From IMG/VR virus record IMGVR_UViG_3300037507_003370, positions 64,001-128,000 of that record: DNA of 64,000 bases; one strand, given 5' to 3'. The notes beneath the pieces are model-generated. The model saw only the letters and a list, made by a program, of their open reading frames with translations. It ran no database searches and was not told where the DNA came from. A program made the translations under genes and the position numbers. The stretch's first letter is position 1. The number at the start of each line of letters is the position of its first letter. The stretch comes from a virus. Lineage: Duplodnaviria > Caudoviricetes. Of this stretch, positions 53,686 through 63,225 are shown in pieces.

Positions 53686-55292
53686 GTACTCGGCTCAAAA
53701 CATTTTTCTACAACGAATCCTTCACGACCATTTGTCAATTTATTGCCAATAAATACTAAAACTCTTTCTTCTTTTACTATATCAGAATACTTTTCATATT
53801 GTTCTGGAAATAGTATAACAGAATCAACCGTACCTGTTCCATCAAAGATTTCGATAAAGGACATTTCTGCTCCTTTATTTTTTCCTGTTTTAGTTTTGAC
53901 AATATTAACTCTGCCAATTTCTCCAATAATGGCTATTTTTTTACTATGGATACTATTTTTATAATCTTTACAGGTTACAATATTAAAATTACTCATATCA
54001 TAACAATCTGTTTTACTATAAGATATAGTTGTGCCAAGATAAAAAGACTCCATCTCTGTTATCCACTCCATAGTATCTTCTAAGCTATATGGAGGATTAA
54101 CTAAGCTTTTAATATATCCTTCTATAATAGTTTTTCTATTTTTGTTAATTTTATGGTTATTTAATAAAAAGGTTAATATAGATTCTAGTGTAGTAAACTT
54201 TTCGAATTCACAATTTTTTTCTATAAATTCGCATTCTTTTTTAGTTAAGTTAGTAATTATATCAAGATAAAATAACATTTCTTTTCTTGTTGATTTGAAC
54301 TCATCTAAACATCCACATGAAACTATAGCCTTTGCGGCCGAAATATTTATACGATTTAATAACAAGAATGCAACAGAAAACTTATTGGTGAATATATTTT
54401 TATCACATTTAGTTAGATTGTCCTGAATGCTGTTATAGACCGAATCTCCAACACCTTTAATATTAGTAATTCCAAAATATATTATATCATTAATTAATGA
54501 AAAGTCTTTCTTTGCGATAGATAAGTTTGGTATTCTAATATCTATATCCATTTCTATAGCATTTCTAACTAATTCTTTGATTTCCTGTTGAGGATCTATT
54601 TTATCTTTTGCAAACTTTAAATAAGATGTGAAAAATATTTTTGGAAAATGAGCCTTCGCATATGCTGATAAAAAACCATTAATAGCATAGCTTACAGCAT
54701 GGCTTTTATTAAAAGAATATCTTTGAGATTTTTCTATCCATCCAAATATTTGATCAGCTTCTTCTGAATTAACTATGTTATCTTTTATGCATCCTGATAA
54801 GAAGATTTTCTTAATTTTTGCCATTTCTTCTGGCTTTTTCTTTCCTATCGCTTTTCTTAACATGTCTGCTTCTTTGAGATCAAATCCGGCTATCGCTCTA
54901 GCTATTTGCATAGCTTGTTCTTGATAAATCATTTCGCCATAAGTGGATTTTAGAGAATCTTCTAATGCTGGATGGAAGTAATCTACGCTTTCCTTACCAT
55001 TTTTCTTATCTATAAAATGATCAGAAACGCTTTTATTATCTCTAATAGCCTCAAGACATCCTGGCCTCATAATACTAATTAAGGCAGACAGTTGTTCTAT
55101 ATTTTCTGGCTTCAATTTTTTGGCCATAGACTGACCAAGTCTAGATTCAAGCTGAAAACAGCCCTTAGTATTACCAGATCCAATTAATTCCCATGTCTTT
55201 TTACAGTTGAGATCGATATTTTCTGGTATAAACTTAATTCCGCTATCGTCTGCGGGGAATTTGCATCCGCATTCAAACGCAAGATACTTCAT
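53682..55292 (-). CDS. dnaE: DNA polymerase III alpha, C-terminal subunit (fingers, HhH, OB fold)
   Basis: GCFQLES, RPGCLE, TYGEMIYQEQAMQIA, ADMLRKAIGKK, YSFNKSHAVSY, GITNIKGVG, OB fold ending in VILFPEQY. Confidence 0.93.
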   Translation of the reverse strand: MKYLAFECGCKFPADDSGIKFIPENIDLNCKKTWELIGSGNTKGCFQLESRLGQSMAKKLKPENIEQLSALISIMRPGCLEAIRDNKSVSDHFIDKKNGKESVDYFHPALEDSLKSTYGEMIYQEQAMQIARAIAGFDLKEADMLRKAIGKKKPEEMAKIKKIFLSGCIKDNIVNSEEADQIFGWIEKSQRYSFNKSHAVSYAINGFLSAYAKAHFPKIFFTSYLKFAKDKIDPQQEIKELVRNAIEMDIDIRIPNLSIAKKDFSLINDIIYFGITNIKGVGDSVYNSIQDNLTKCDKNIFTNKFSVAFLLLNRINISAAKAIVSCGCLDEFKSTRKEMLFYLDIITNLTKKECEFIEKNCEFEKFTTLESILTFLLNNHKINKNRKTIIEGYIKSLVNPPYSLEDTMEWITEMESFYLGTTISYSKTDCYDMSNFNIVTCKDYKNSIHSKKIAIIGEIGRVNIVKTKTGKNKGAEMSFIEIFDGTGTVDSVILFPEQYEKYSDIVKEERVLVFIGNKLTNGREGFVVEKCFEPST

Positions 55293-55984
55293 GATTCTGT
55301 ATTTTTAAAAGACCCTTCGAATTTGATTTGCGGAGCTAGTCTTCTATGTAACTTCAAAAATCTTATCAATATTTCAGCACAATCTTTTACGTCTTTTAAA
55401 GCGTCGTGTGCTCCGTCTTTGGATATTCCAAGATATGATCGCAGATTATCCAGAGATATGCTTTTTATATCTTTATTATTTTCAAGCCAATAATAAGCTA
55501 AATTCATTATGTCTAATGTATCTCTGGGATAAAATAAGTCACACTCTCCATCTTTAGTGACATATCCAAACTTTTTTGTATATCTATCAACAATTTTAAG
55601 ATCAAATTTAAATATATTATATCCGGCAGTTACAGGAGCAGAAAACATATTTTTTTTTGTTCTATTTATATGGTAAAGCTCTAAATAGCTTTTGAACATT
55701 GACCAAGCCTGAGATTGACTAATAGAATTTTTCCATAAGTCTAAAATGTCAGATGCTTGGCATTTTTTTACTTTGGCATGAAAATCCAATATATCAGATT
55801 CTGCATAATCAAAATCTGGATTATCTTCTAACTTAGATGGTTTAACTTGGATATTAAATTCAGAGTCATCTATTATAGAAAGATCATAAGGGTCTATCAT
55901 GATTGCAGCAATTTGGACAGGACTGCATGAGGTTGGGTCTGATCCGTCGGTTTCGAAATCAAAAACGCATATTTTGTTTTTCAT
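55289..55984 (-). CDS. DnaQ-like DEDDh 3'-5' exonuclease (epsilon-like proofreader)
   Basis: ExoI VFDFETDG, ExoII GYNIFKFD, ExoIII HDALKD. ATGA-coupled to dnaE-C. Confidence 0.9.
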   Translation of the reverse strand: MKNKICVFDFETDGSDPTSCSPVQIAAIMIDPYDLSIIDDSEFNIQVKPSKLEDNPDFDYAESDILDFHAKVKKCQASDILDLWKNSISQSQAWSMFKSYLELYHINRTKKNMFSAPVTAGYNIFKFDLKIVDRYTKKFGYVTKDGECDLFYPRDTLDIMNLAYYWLENNKDIKSISLDNLRSYLGISKDGAHDALKDVKDCAEILIRFLKLHRRLAPQIKFEGSFKNTES

Positions 55985-58359
55985 AATGTCCTAAAAGGCA
56001 TATTTTCTATAGCCGTAGAAATGTTAAAAAGATTGTTAAAATAAATAGATGGTCCAATTACTGGACCGCAGGACCAAGGTGGTATTTCATAAGGTACGCA
56101 CCCTATCTTATAGTTGAAACTGAATGGTCTGTCAAGGGTTATTTTTGTGAGCGTTTGCTCTTTTATATAGTCCATCGAAACGATATTTAAAGACGCAAAA
56201 ACCTTTTCATAACGACGTATATCTGTATCTGTCGGTAATAATTGTTTCTTAGGAATCCAATATTCAATTTTTGTTGCACCTCTTTTAAATCTTGGAACAA
56301 AATTTCCAGACATAAATAAATATCTCAGATCCGTCCTGTCTGTAAAACAAGCAATTTTTTTATATGGTAACCAATTCCATAAGCCGTTATAAGATATAAA
56401 AGGAAAATTATCAGAATATGTTGTTATAAATTGTGGAGATCTATACCATTCATCTAATGATGTTGTCTCATCTCCGGTTTTAACTACCGGAATACCGTCA
56501 GCATCTAGATATGTTTGGTTAGCTAGTTTTGAATTGATAATAGTTCTGAATTTTTTGAAAGATTCTAGTGCTATAGGATACGGATCGTTTTTGACAGAGA
56601 GGTAAAGTTCTTCTAAGTCTATTTTATAGAAACCAAAAAATTTTGTTGTTTCCTCAGGATCTGTATCAGCATCCAAAAAATATTCAATCAATTGTTTTCC
56701 GTATATGCCAAGATCAAAGCTTTCTTTTTGGGTTGTTGAATCTATGCATGACCCGGGCCATCTAATGTCGTAACGCGCATTATTGCATGGTGGAGAGCTT
56801 TTATTAGGGTCTTGCGGAGATATTTTAGAATACGGATCAATGATCATCTGGTCAAAACTTGACTTTCCTCCAGAAATATAAAATCTAATTAAGTAAGGAT
56901 CTGTAATATAGTGATTTTCTATTAAAATATTATTTTGTTCATCGCAAGGAATGCCGTTAACCCCAGGCTGAGAAAGACTATTATCTTTAATTGTATCGTC
57001 TGGTTCTGGCATTGGTTTATAAAATTTTTCATAAACCTTGTCATCTTTTTCTACTTCCCGAATGTCCTTAACTGTATCAGTATATAGATATGGTTGAGTT
57101 TTTCTATGCCAAATATATGGTTTTTGTGTTTTAGGATTAAGTTTAAAAAAGTAAACAGGAGCAGATCTATTAAATCCATTAGATCTATCTTGATTAATAG
57201 GATCTGGATTGTAGTATTGTCCTTCTAATAGAGTATATTTTTTCTTATTTAAAAAATACTTAGGGAAAATATCATTTTTAGAAAATATTTCTTTAACACT
57301 TAATTTTTGTACTTGTGTTTTGATATTAAAAAGCTGTGTCAGATCTTCATCAAAAAATAATGCATCATATAATATAACATCTAATAAATTAGTTGTTTCT
57401 GTTATCATATATAATCCTCGAAGAGACCAAGGATCTATATTTACGTCAGAAAAAAGAGTAGAACCACTATGAGAACTATACAAATAAAAATTAGTACCAT
57501 ACTGTTCTAGTGCGGTAAATCTTTTTGCAATCGTACATTCGGATGCAAATGTGCCTCTATTTTTTTCTAAAATATTAGATACTGATATAGAACCTGGAAC
57601 TTCATATAATTCTTCTTCTGGAATCACGCTTAAAAGATCTCTATATGTTGCATGAAGACACAGTGCGTTGATCCTACAGCACCCGGCGTCTTTTTGGAAA
57701 GTTCTGATTTTTTTATATAGAACCCTATCTCTGTTATTTGGCTGTACTAATGTGAACACATCTCCAATTTGAAGAGATTCGAAGGTAGTAAATTCTTGTG
57801 GAAATAAATCTCCTGACCAGTCAGCATAAAAGTAAGATCCCCCACTTAATCTACCAAGAATAGTTTTTGGGCCGGCATTAATAGTAAGCCATTTATCTGA
57901 GTTTCTATTGTTTATATACAGAGGCTCTAGCTTTCTATAAACTGTTACAGACTCATCTGCAAAGTTTTGAAAGGTTCCTATTCCATATGCTCTGTCGCTA
58001 GTAGCATATATTGTACTAAAATAGTATCCAGCATTTATTGTTGTTTTTTTAATATCAAAAGATACAGGAATATCTATTTTTTTAGGAGATGTTATAAATT
58101 TAACACTTGATGGTTCTGCAACTTGTCCTTCTATGTTCGAACCCCAAACCCAAAACGTGCCATTTTCTTTCAATGCTACAGAGTGTGTCAGACCCATCCT
58201 TGCTTGAATCCAAGGAGAGCTATCGTTAGTACTATTTGTTAAAACCTCGTACTCTTTTCCTGCCTCTACTGGTCTATTGTGACCTAGTCCTAACTGACCA
58301 TGTCCATTATCCCCATATGCATACAATTTACCTTCAACAATCTTGATAACATGAGCCAT
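55981..58359 (-). CDS. RCC1/BLIP-II-repeat protein (792 aa) with an internal copy of the neighbouring small-protein domain
   Basis: LYAYGDNGHGQLGLG...MGLTHSVALKENGTFWVWGSNIEGQV...AGYYFS. C-terminal part not recognised. Confidence 0.75.
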   Translation of the reverse strand: MAHVIKIVEGKLYAYGDNGHGQLGLGHNRPVEAGKEYEVLTNSTNDSSPWIQARMGLTHSVALKENGTFWVWGSNIEGQVAEPSSVKFITSPKKIDIPVSFDIKKTTINAGYYFSTIYATSDRAYGIGTFQNFADESVTVYRKLEPLYINNRNSDKWLTINAGPKTILGRLSGGSYFYADWSGDLFPQEFTTFESLQIGDVFTLVQPNNRDRVLYKKIRTFQKDAGCCRINALCLHATYRDLLSVIPEEELYEVPGSISVSNILEKNRGTFASECTIAKRFTALEQYGTNFYLYSSHSGSTLFSDVNIDPWSLRGLYMITETTNLLDVILYDALFFDEDLTQLFNIKTQVQKLSVKEIFSKNDIFPKYFLNKKKYTLLEGQYYNPDPINQDRSNGFNRSAPVYFFKLNPKTQKPYIWHRKTQPYLYTDTVKDIREVEKDDKVYEKFYKPMPEPDDTIKDNSLSQPGVNGIPCDEQNNILIENHYITDPYLIRFYISGGKSSFDQMIIDPYSKISPQDPNKSSPPCNNARYDIRWPGSCIDSTTQKESFDLGIYGKQLIEYFLDADTDPEETTKFFGFYKIDLEELYLSVKNDPYPIALESFKKFRTIINSKLANQTYLDADGIPVVKTGDETTSLDEWYRSPQFITTYSDNFPFISYNGLWNWLPYKKIACFTDRTDLRYLFMSGNFVPRFKRGATKIEYWIPKKQLLPTDTDIRRYEKVFASLNIVSMDYIKEQTLTKITLDRPFSFNYKIGCVPYEIPPWSCGPVIGPSIYFNNLFNISTAIENMPFRTL

Positions 58360-58389
58360 GGTCCTTCCTTTAATCCTTTGATTTTATTT

Positions 58390-58578
58390 TTAACTATTGA
58401 TATTTTTAATTTCTACAACAGTATCATCTGACATAAAGTTTTGTTCATTGTTGCTAACTTTGACACAATTTATTGCTCTGCAACAGGAAACTCTTACTGT
58501 CTCTGTTTTTCTGTATGTTTCTCCACCAAAAGAAAAAACAGTATTTACGACTAAGTCTCTAAAAGCAGCGGTTGACAT
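58390..58578 (-). CDS. Small SH3-like/beta-barrel hypothetical protein with CC motif (62 aa)
   Basis: FRDL...VFSFGGETYRK...SCCRAINC. Fills the gap after dnaE-N and is homologous to a segment of the next gene. Confidence 0.75.
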   Translation of the reverse strand: MSTAAFRDLVVNTVFSFGGETYRKTETVRVSCCRAINCVKVSNNEQNFMSDDTVVEIKNINS

Positions 58579-58582
58579 AGTT

Positions 58583-60424
58583 TTACTCCGTAGTTAATAA
58601 TGACTGAATACACATAATTTTATCTAACATACCAATACCAAGTATATCAAATTTAACAATACCCAGGGCTTCCAAATCTTGCATTTCCATACCCGCGATA
58701 TTGGTACCCGTTTTAGTATCATACACCATAGGACAAACTTCATTTAAGTTATTGGCTGAAATAGCTATTCCTGCAGCATGTTTAGATTGATTGCATTTCG
58801 TTCCTTCTAATCTAATAGCTTGTTCAAATCTTTTTGCAAACATGCCGGATATGTTATTATCTTTATCTATTTTTACCCAATCCTTGAATTTATCTGGCGT
58901 ATTTTCTAGTGCCCACATAATTATAGAAGATTCTCCTGTTTCTTCTTTCATCTCTTGGAGATCATCAGCTATTTTAGCCTCATCTGGTATATTTTTAGTA
59001 ATTTGATTCATTTCATCAAAAGACAATCCTCCATATACTCTTAGGACTTCTTTTAAGGCTCCTCGTCCTTTCATAGTATTGAATGTAATCATTTGAGAAA
59101 CTCTGTTTTCTCCATATTTATTTTTTATATAGGATATGATTTCATCTCTTTTTGTCATTGGAACGTCTATGTCTATATCTGGCATAGAAATTCTATTTTC
59201 TGTATTACGTCCAGCATTATAAAATCTTTCAAACAGAAGATCATATTGTATTGGATTGATATTTGTTATCCCTAACAAATAAGAGACTAAACATCCAGCA
59301 GCACTGCCTCTTCCTGGTCCTGGCAACCATGAATTTTCTTTTACATATTTTACTATATCTTGGATTATTAAGAAATATCCAGATAAGTTAGCCCCTTGTA
59401 AAACCTCTAGTTCTTTTTTAATTCTTTCAACATATATATTTTTGTCTGATTCTGACAATGAATTTAGATCTCTATCTCTCCAGCCGTTTCTGCATAGTTG
59501 TCTTAAATACTCGTCTTCGTTTTCTATTACTTCGGGTAGTGTTGGCTTGTCTAATATATTATAATCTTCACACATTGAATCTATTAATAGAGTATTGTCT
59601 ATTTCAGATTCTGTATGTATTTTATTCATTTCTTCTCCGGATAATATATAGTAATTATCGGATTTGAAGAAAGCTCCCAAAGGAACCGCTTCGTCATTTA
59701 AAAGCTTTTTATTTATATCTTTAAATGTAGACTTAAGATTATTGCACAATAAAACCCTCTGATCTATAGCGTCTTCTTTATTTGCATAATGAGCATCATT
59801 TGTTGCAACAACTTTGATTTTTAATTTGTTAGATAAGTCTCTTATCATATCTGTTATAACTTTTTGTTCAGGACTATACTCTAGATCCATAAGCTGAGAT
59901 TCTAGAAATAAGTTGTCTCTGCCAAAAAGATCAATAAGATTATTAGCATGAAGTTTAGCCTGATTCATGTCTTCTTGCAATAAGCAATTATGCATGGTTG
60001 ACCCCATGTGTCCTGTGATACATATGAGTCCCGAAAGATCCATATCGGAGAGGTTCTGAATTGAGATCCTAGGCTTTCTATAAAAGTAGTCTGGCCTGTT
60101 GGTCTCAGAAACTAAACGAACTAAATTTTTCCATCCTGTATGGTTTTTGGCCAATACCAACATATGTTTCAGTTGTTGATTATCTTTGTTTTTTATTTTA
60201 GCATCATATTCGGATATATATAGCTCACACCCTAATATTGGTTTAATTTTTTTGGATTTTAGTGCTTGGTAAAAAGATACGCAGCCAGAAATTGTTCCAT
60301 GGTCTGTTATAGCACAAGACTTTGCTCCTATTGATAAACATCTATTTGCTATTTGTTCTGGCTTTGATAATCCGTCCAATAAAGAATAGTGACTATGAAC
60401 ATGCAAGGGTATATAATTTTTCAT
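58583..60424 (-). CDS. dnaE: DNA polymerase III alpha, N-terminal subunit (PHP, palm, thumb)
   Basis: LHVHSHYSLLDG, ITDHG, GCELY, TNDAHY, GPGRGSAAG, LLFERF, MPDIDID, KHAAG, KFDILG. Confidence 0.95.
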   Translation of the reverse strand: MKNYIPLHVHSHYSLLDGLSKPEQIANRCLSIGAKSCAITDHGTISGCVSFYQALKSKKIKPILGCELYISEYDAKIKNKDNQQLKHMLVLAKNHTGWKNLVRLVSETNRPDYFYRKPRISIQNLSDMDLSGLICITGHMGSTMHNCLLQEDMNQAKLHANNLIDLFGRDNLFLESQLMDLEYSPEQKVITDMIRDLSNKLKIKVVATNDAHYANKEDAIDQRVLLCNNLKSTFKDINKKLLNDEAVPLGAFFKSDNYYILSGEEMNKIHTESEIDNTLLIDSMCEDYNILDKPTLPEVIENEDEYLRQLCRNGWRDRDLNSLSESDKNIYVERIKKELEVLQGANLSGYFLIIQDIVKYVKENSWLPGPGRGSAAGCLVSYLLGITNINPIQYDLLFERFYNAGRNTENRISMPDIDIDVPMTKRDEIISYIKNKYGENRVSQMITFNTMKGRGALKEVLRVYGGLSFDEMNQITKNIPDEAKIADDLQEMKEETGESSIIMWALENTPDKFKDWVKIDKDNNISGMFAKRFEQAIRLEGTKCNQSKHAAGIAISANNLNEVCPMVYDTKTGTNIAGMEMQDLEALGIVKFDILGIGMLDKIMCIQSLLTTE

Positions 60425-61467
60425 TCTATGCTTCCTGGAGCTTTGTACTTTCCTACACTATAACCAGGAATCGTGTATTCGTCAACAACTGCATTCATAC
60501 CTTTTAGCTCTATGTCGTGTTTAACTTGCTCACACTTTGTCATAAATTGATTTTTTGCAATAAGCTGTCCATCTCTATACTCTATTGTGGGAAGAACGTG
60601 AGTGTTATCAAAATTACTTTTTCCAAAGTGACATAACTTACTACACATCCATGTTTTATTTAATCTAGGTTTTTTTGTATTTTTAATAACTTCAAATTTT
60701 TCTCTTAGCATACTTTCTGTTTTATAAATATCAGAACTATCAAATGTCATAGAAAAAGGACCGCCATCATTTATAAAAAATATCGTTATAATTATATGTT
60801 TAATTTCTGGATATAGTTTTTGTACAGCATAGAAGTATATCATTAATTGAGGATCTGTTTCTAGCTTAGACTGTGTTTTTTCTTCTCCTGTTGCCCAATT
60901 AAGTCTTTTTCCTGTTTTCCAGTCTATAATTTCTATGGTATCTTCTCCAACTTTTGTGATCAGGTCTATCGTTCCTTTTATAGCCAAATTTCCTTTTAGT
61001 GAATCTCCATTATTTAATTTATATGAATATTCTGCCCACTTTTTATCTATAGATATGTCGAATCTTTGTTCTGGACAAAGTATTTGTCTATTTCTTGGAT
61101 CAAAAAGACCGGAGCCATAATTTATTGCTTTATATACCCAGTCTCTACAATCAGAAAAATCTTTGTTAGACCATTTGTGATGAGAGAATTGTTCGCTGTA
61201 ATACTTGTATACAGATTCGATGATCTTGTCTAAATCATAATTATTTGTTAAAATTTCTCCAACTATTTCATCATTGCATGTTTTTTCGTTATTCTGCATC
61301 GCCTGTTTAATAACAGCTAAAATTTCTAATACTTTATGTACTATAGTGCCCTTATCTGCTTTTTGATTAGACGGACCTCTCCATCCTAAAACATATTCGA
61401 AAAAATATTGTTGCTCACACATACAATGAGTATTATACGACGAGCTGCGAAAATATGTAATTATAAT
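60421..61467 (-). CDS. PD-(D/E)XK exonuclease (RecB/AddB/Cas4-like), probable ATT/ATA start
   Basis: GTIVHKVLE, PEQRF, KGTIDLI, IIDWKTG, QLMIY, terminal C-x3-C...C. The in-frame upstream YFRSSSYNTHCMC motif has no ATG/GTG/TTG before it, and an AAGGA SD precedes ATT at 61467. Confidence 0.85.
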   Translation of the reverse strand: MIITYFRSSSYNTHCMCEQQYFFEYVLGWRGPSNQKADKGTIVHKVLEILAVIKQAMQNNEKTCNDEIVGEILTNNYDLDKIIESVYKYYSEQFSHHKWSNKDFSDCRDWVYKAINYGSGLFDPRNRQILCPEQRFDISIDKKWAEYSYKLNNGDSLKGNLAIKGTIDLITKVGEDTIEIIDWKTGKRLNWATGEEKTQSKLETDPQLMIYFYAVQKLYPEIKHIIITIFFINDGGPFSMTFDSSDIYKTESMLREKFEVIKNTKKPRLNKTWMCSKLCHFGKSNFDNTHVLPTIEYRDGQLIAKNQFMTKCEQVKHDIELKGMNAVVDEYTIPGYSVGKYKAPGSIE

Positions 61468-62063
61468 AGTATTATTCCTTTATTTTTGAGAAATTCTATA
61501 ATTTGATTATTTTGTTCATCTATATTCAGATTCTGATTATCAATAATTAAATCAAAATTATTTTGATCATATTGATCCGGATCTAATGCCATCTCACTAG
61601 CATGAAAAGAATTATAAGGATTTCTCGTCAGCTTAATAACAAAACCTCTAGCTTTTTTAACTGTATCAACTTCATTAGGAAATCTACAATCGGCAATTAT
61701 AGCCATATCTAAATTTTCTTTATTAATACGTCTAACTATAGCGTCAGACCAAACACTTTGTTTCATTCGTCTAAAAATATCTGTGCCAACAATTTGCATA
61801 ACTTCTCTAGCAGACAATTGGCGATTTTCCCAATAACAATCTACTAACTCATTTTTTTTAATATCCGATCCATAGCATTGTTCATAGGTCAAACCAAGTA
61901 TATCAATACATATATTTTGTTTCAATGGATCAGCAAAATTATATATAGCAATACTATTTTCAATAGTATGCTTATTGTATACAGATTGAACAAATTCGGA
62001 ACAAGTAGTTTTACCCGACTGTTTCCTTCCAGCAAATGCTATTATTTTAGTTTTAGTCATCAT
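61461..62063 (-). CDS. Deoxynucleoside monophosphate kinase (T4 gp1-like)
   Basis: IIAFAGRKQSGKTT, FADPLK, SAREVMQIVGT, IADCRFPNE. Confidence 0.9.
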   Translation of the reverse strand: MMTKTKIIAFAGRKQSGKTTCSEFVQSVYNKHTIENSIAIYNFADPLKQNICIDILGLTYEQCYGSDIKKNELVDCYWENRQLSAREVMQIVGTDIFRRMKQSVWSDAIVRRINKENLDMAIIADCRFPNEVDTVKKARGFVIKLTRNPYNSFHASEMALDPDQYDQNNFDLIIDNQNLNIDEQNNQIIEFLKNKGIILL

Positions 62064-63225
62064 ATATATTAGTTATATTTTTAAGGTTATCTATTATTAT
62101 AGAACAATCAGTGTCAGCTATGTCTGTTGTTACGAAATTAGGAACATGAATATTATAGGTTTTTTTGCATTTTTCAATTATTTTTTTAGTAGCTTCTATA
62201 CCAGCGGCATCATTGTCTAATAAGAGTATTAGTTCCATAGCGCCAGAAGTGTCTAAAATCATTTTTTGTCTATCGCTCATAGAGGAGCCAAATATGGCTA
62301 CGCTATTTCTTATTCCGCATTCTTCAAGCTTCCATACATTTCCAGGACTTTCTACAATGATAGCAACTTTAGTTTCTTTGATATAATGTTTGGCAAACCA
62401 GTAATTGTACAGATGGTTCTGTGCCTGAAACCCTGTATTATGTTTCCATTTTGGATATTTCCATCTATCTTCTACTCTAGGACATTGTTCTTCTGATGAA
62501 TGATAAGAATTACAGCTGTCGCATTTCTCAAAAATACTTCTACCAGAACATCCTGTCATGAATTTATAGTTATCATCATATATTGGTACAACTATTCTAT
62601 TATACATTTCTTTGTCTGATTTGTTACATAATCCAACATCGTATTTATTCAATACGGTATTGTTAAATCCTCTAGATAAAAAATATTCCGCTGGCATAAT
62701 TAGACTTTTTCTAATATTATGTCTAGATATTTTTTGATCATAAATATTTTGTACTGGTTTGATCGAATTTACTAATCCGGCAAATATAGCCTTGTCTCTA
62801 TCTGTTTTAGATATCTTAATAGAATCAAAGTCTTTATCTAAAAATTGCATACCATATTTTAATGCTTCGTCGAAAGAACAAACCTTGTCTCCTTCTTTGA
62901 TCCAATCAAATTTTTTGTTGGATAAAACTCCGCGAATGAAACCTATGATTGATGATTTAAAATATTTTTCACATCCATGAGTTCTGCATTTCCAGTTTCC
63001 TCTGTAAACCTCTCCGTCAGGATACAAATTTAATGCTGACTTATTATCGCCACCATGAATTGGGCAACTCATAGTTATCATCTTACCAGTAGATTTGTAT
63101 TCTAAATCTAAACTATTCAATAAATCATCTATATTATCACATAAATGATCACAGACTAATTTTAGCTTAGCCTGATCATACGAATTCGATTTGGTCTTTT
63201 TCATTTTGGTTAGTGTCTGACTCAT
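62053..63225 (-). CDS. dnaG: DnaG-type DNA primase
   Basis: Zn finger CPIH...WKCRTHGC, RIVVPI...GCSGR, Toprim IIVESPGN and LLDNDAAG. Start could be 63225 or 63204. Confidence 0.88.
   Translation of the reverse strand: MSQTLTKMKKTKSNSYDQAKLKLVCDHLCDNIDDLLNSLDLEYKSTGKMITMSCPIHGGDNKSALNLYPDGEVYRGNWKCRTHGCEKYFKSSIIGFIRGVLSNKKFDWIKEGDKVCSFDEALKYGMQFLDKDFDSIKISKTDRDKAIFAGLVNSIKPVQNIYDQKISRHNIRKSLIMPAEYFLSRGFNNTVLNKYDVGLCNKSDKEMYNRIVVPIYDDNYKFMTGCSGRSIFEKCDSCNSYHSSEEQCPRVEDRWKYPKWKHNTGFQAQNHLYNYWFAKHYIKETKVAIIVESPGNVWKLEECGIRNSVAIFGSSMSDRQKMILDTSGAMELILLLDNDAAGIEATKKIIEKCKKTYNIHVPNFVTTDIADTDCSIIIDNLKNITNIYDD

Noticed and set aside
55293-58582. Self-splicing intron spanning the gap between the dnaE halves
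   Set aside because: The gap is completely filled by three intact ORFs with SD or coupled starts, and dnaE-C has its own coupled ATG. No group I/II core was recognised.
58572-58601. Plus-strand TTGACA...TAATAA antisense promoter at the end of dnaE-N
   Set aside because: The -10 match is poor and such hexamers are expected by chance in AT-rich DNA.
55200-58620. Split intein joining the DnaE halves
   Set aside because: The N-half tail (MCIQSLLTTE) is too short and matches the normal post-KFD helix. The C-half N-terminus has no His-Asn/Cys junction. The canonical FNKSH intein site is uninterrupted.
60421-61467. CRISPR-Cas4 locus
   Set aside because: The nuclease is Cas4/AddB-like, but there are no other cas genes and no repeat-spacer array. 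The periodic sequences in the window are coding PT tracts.
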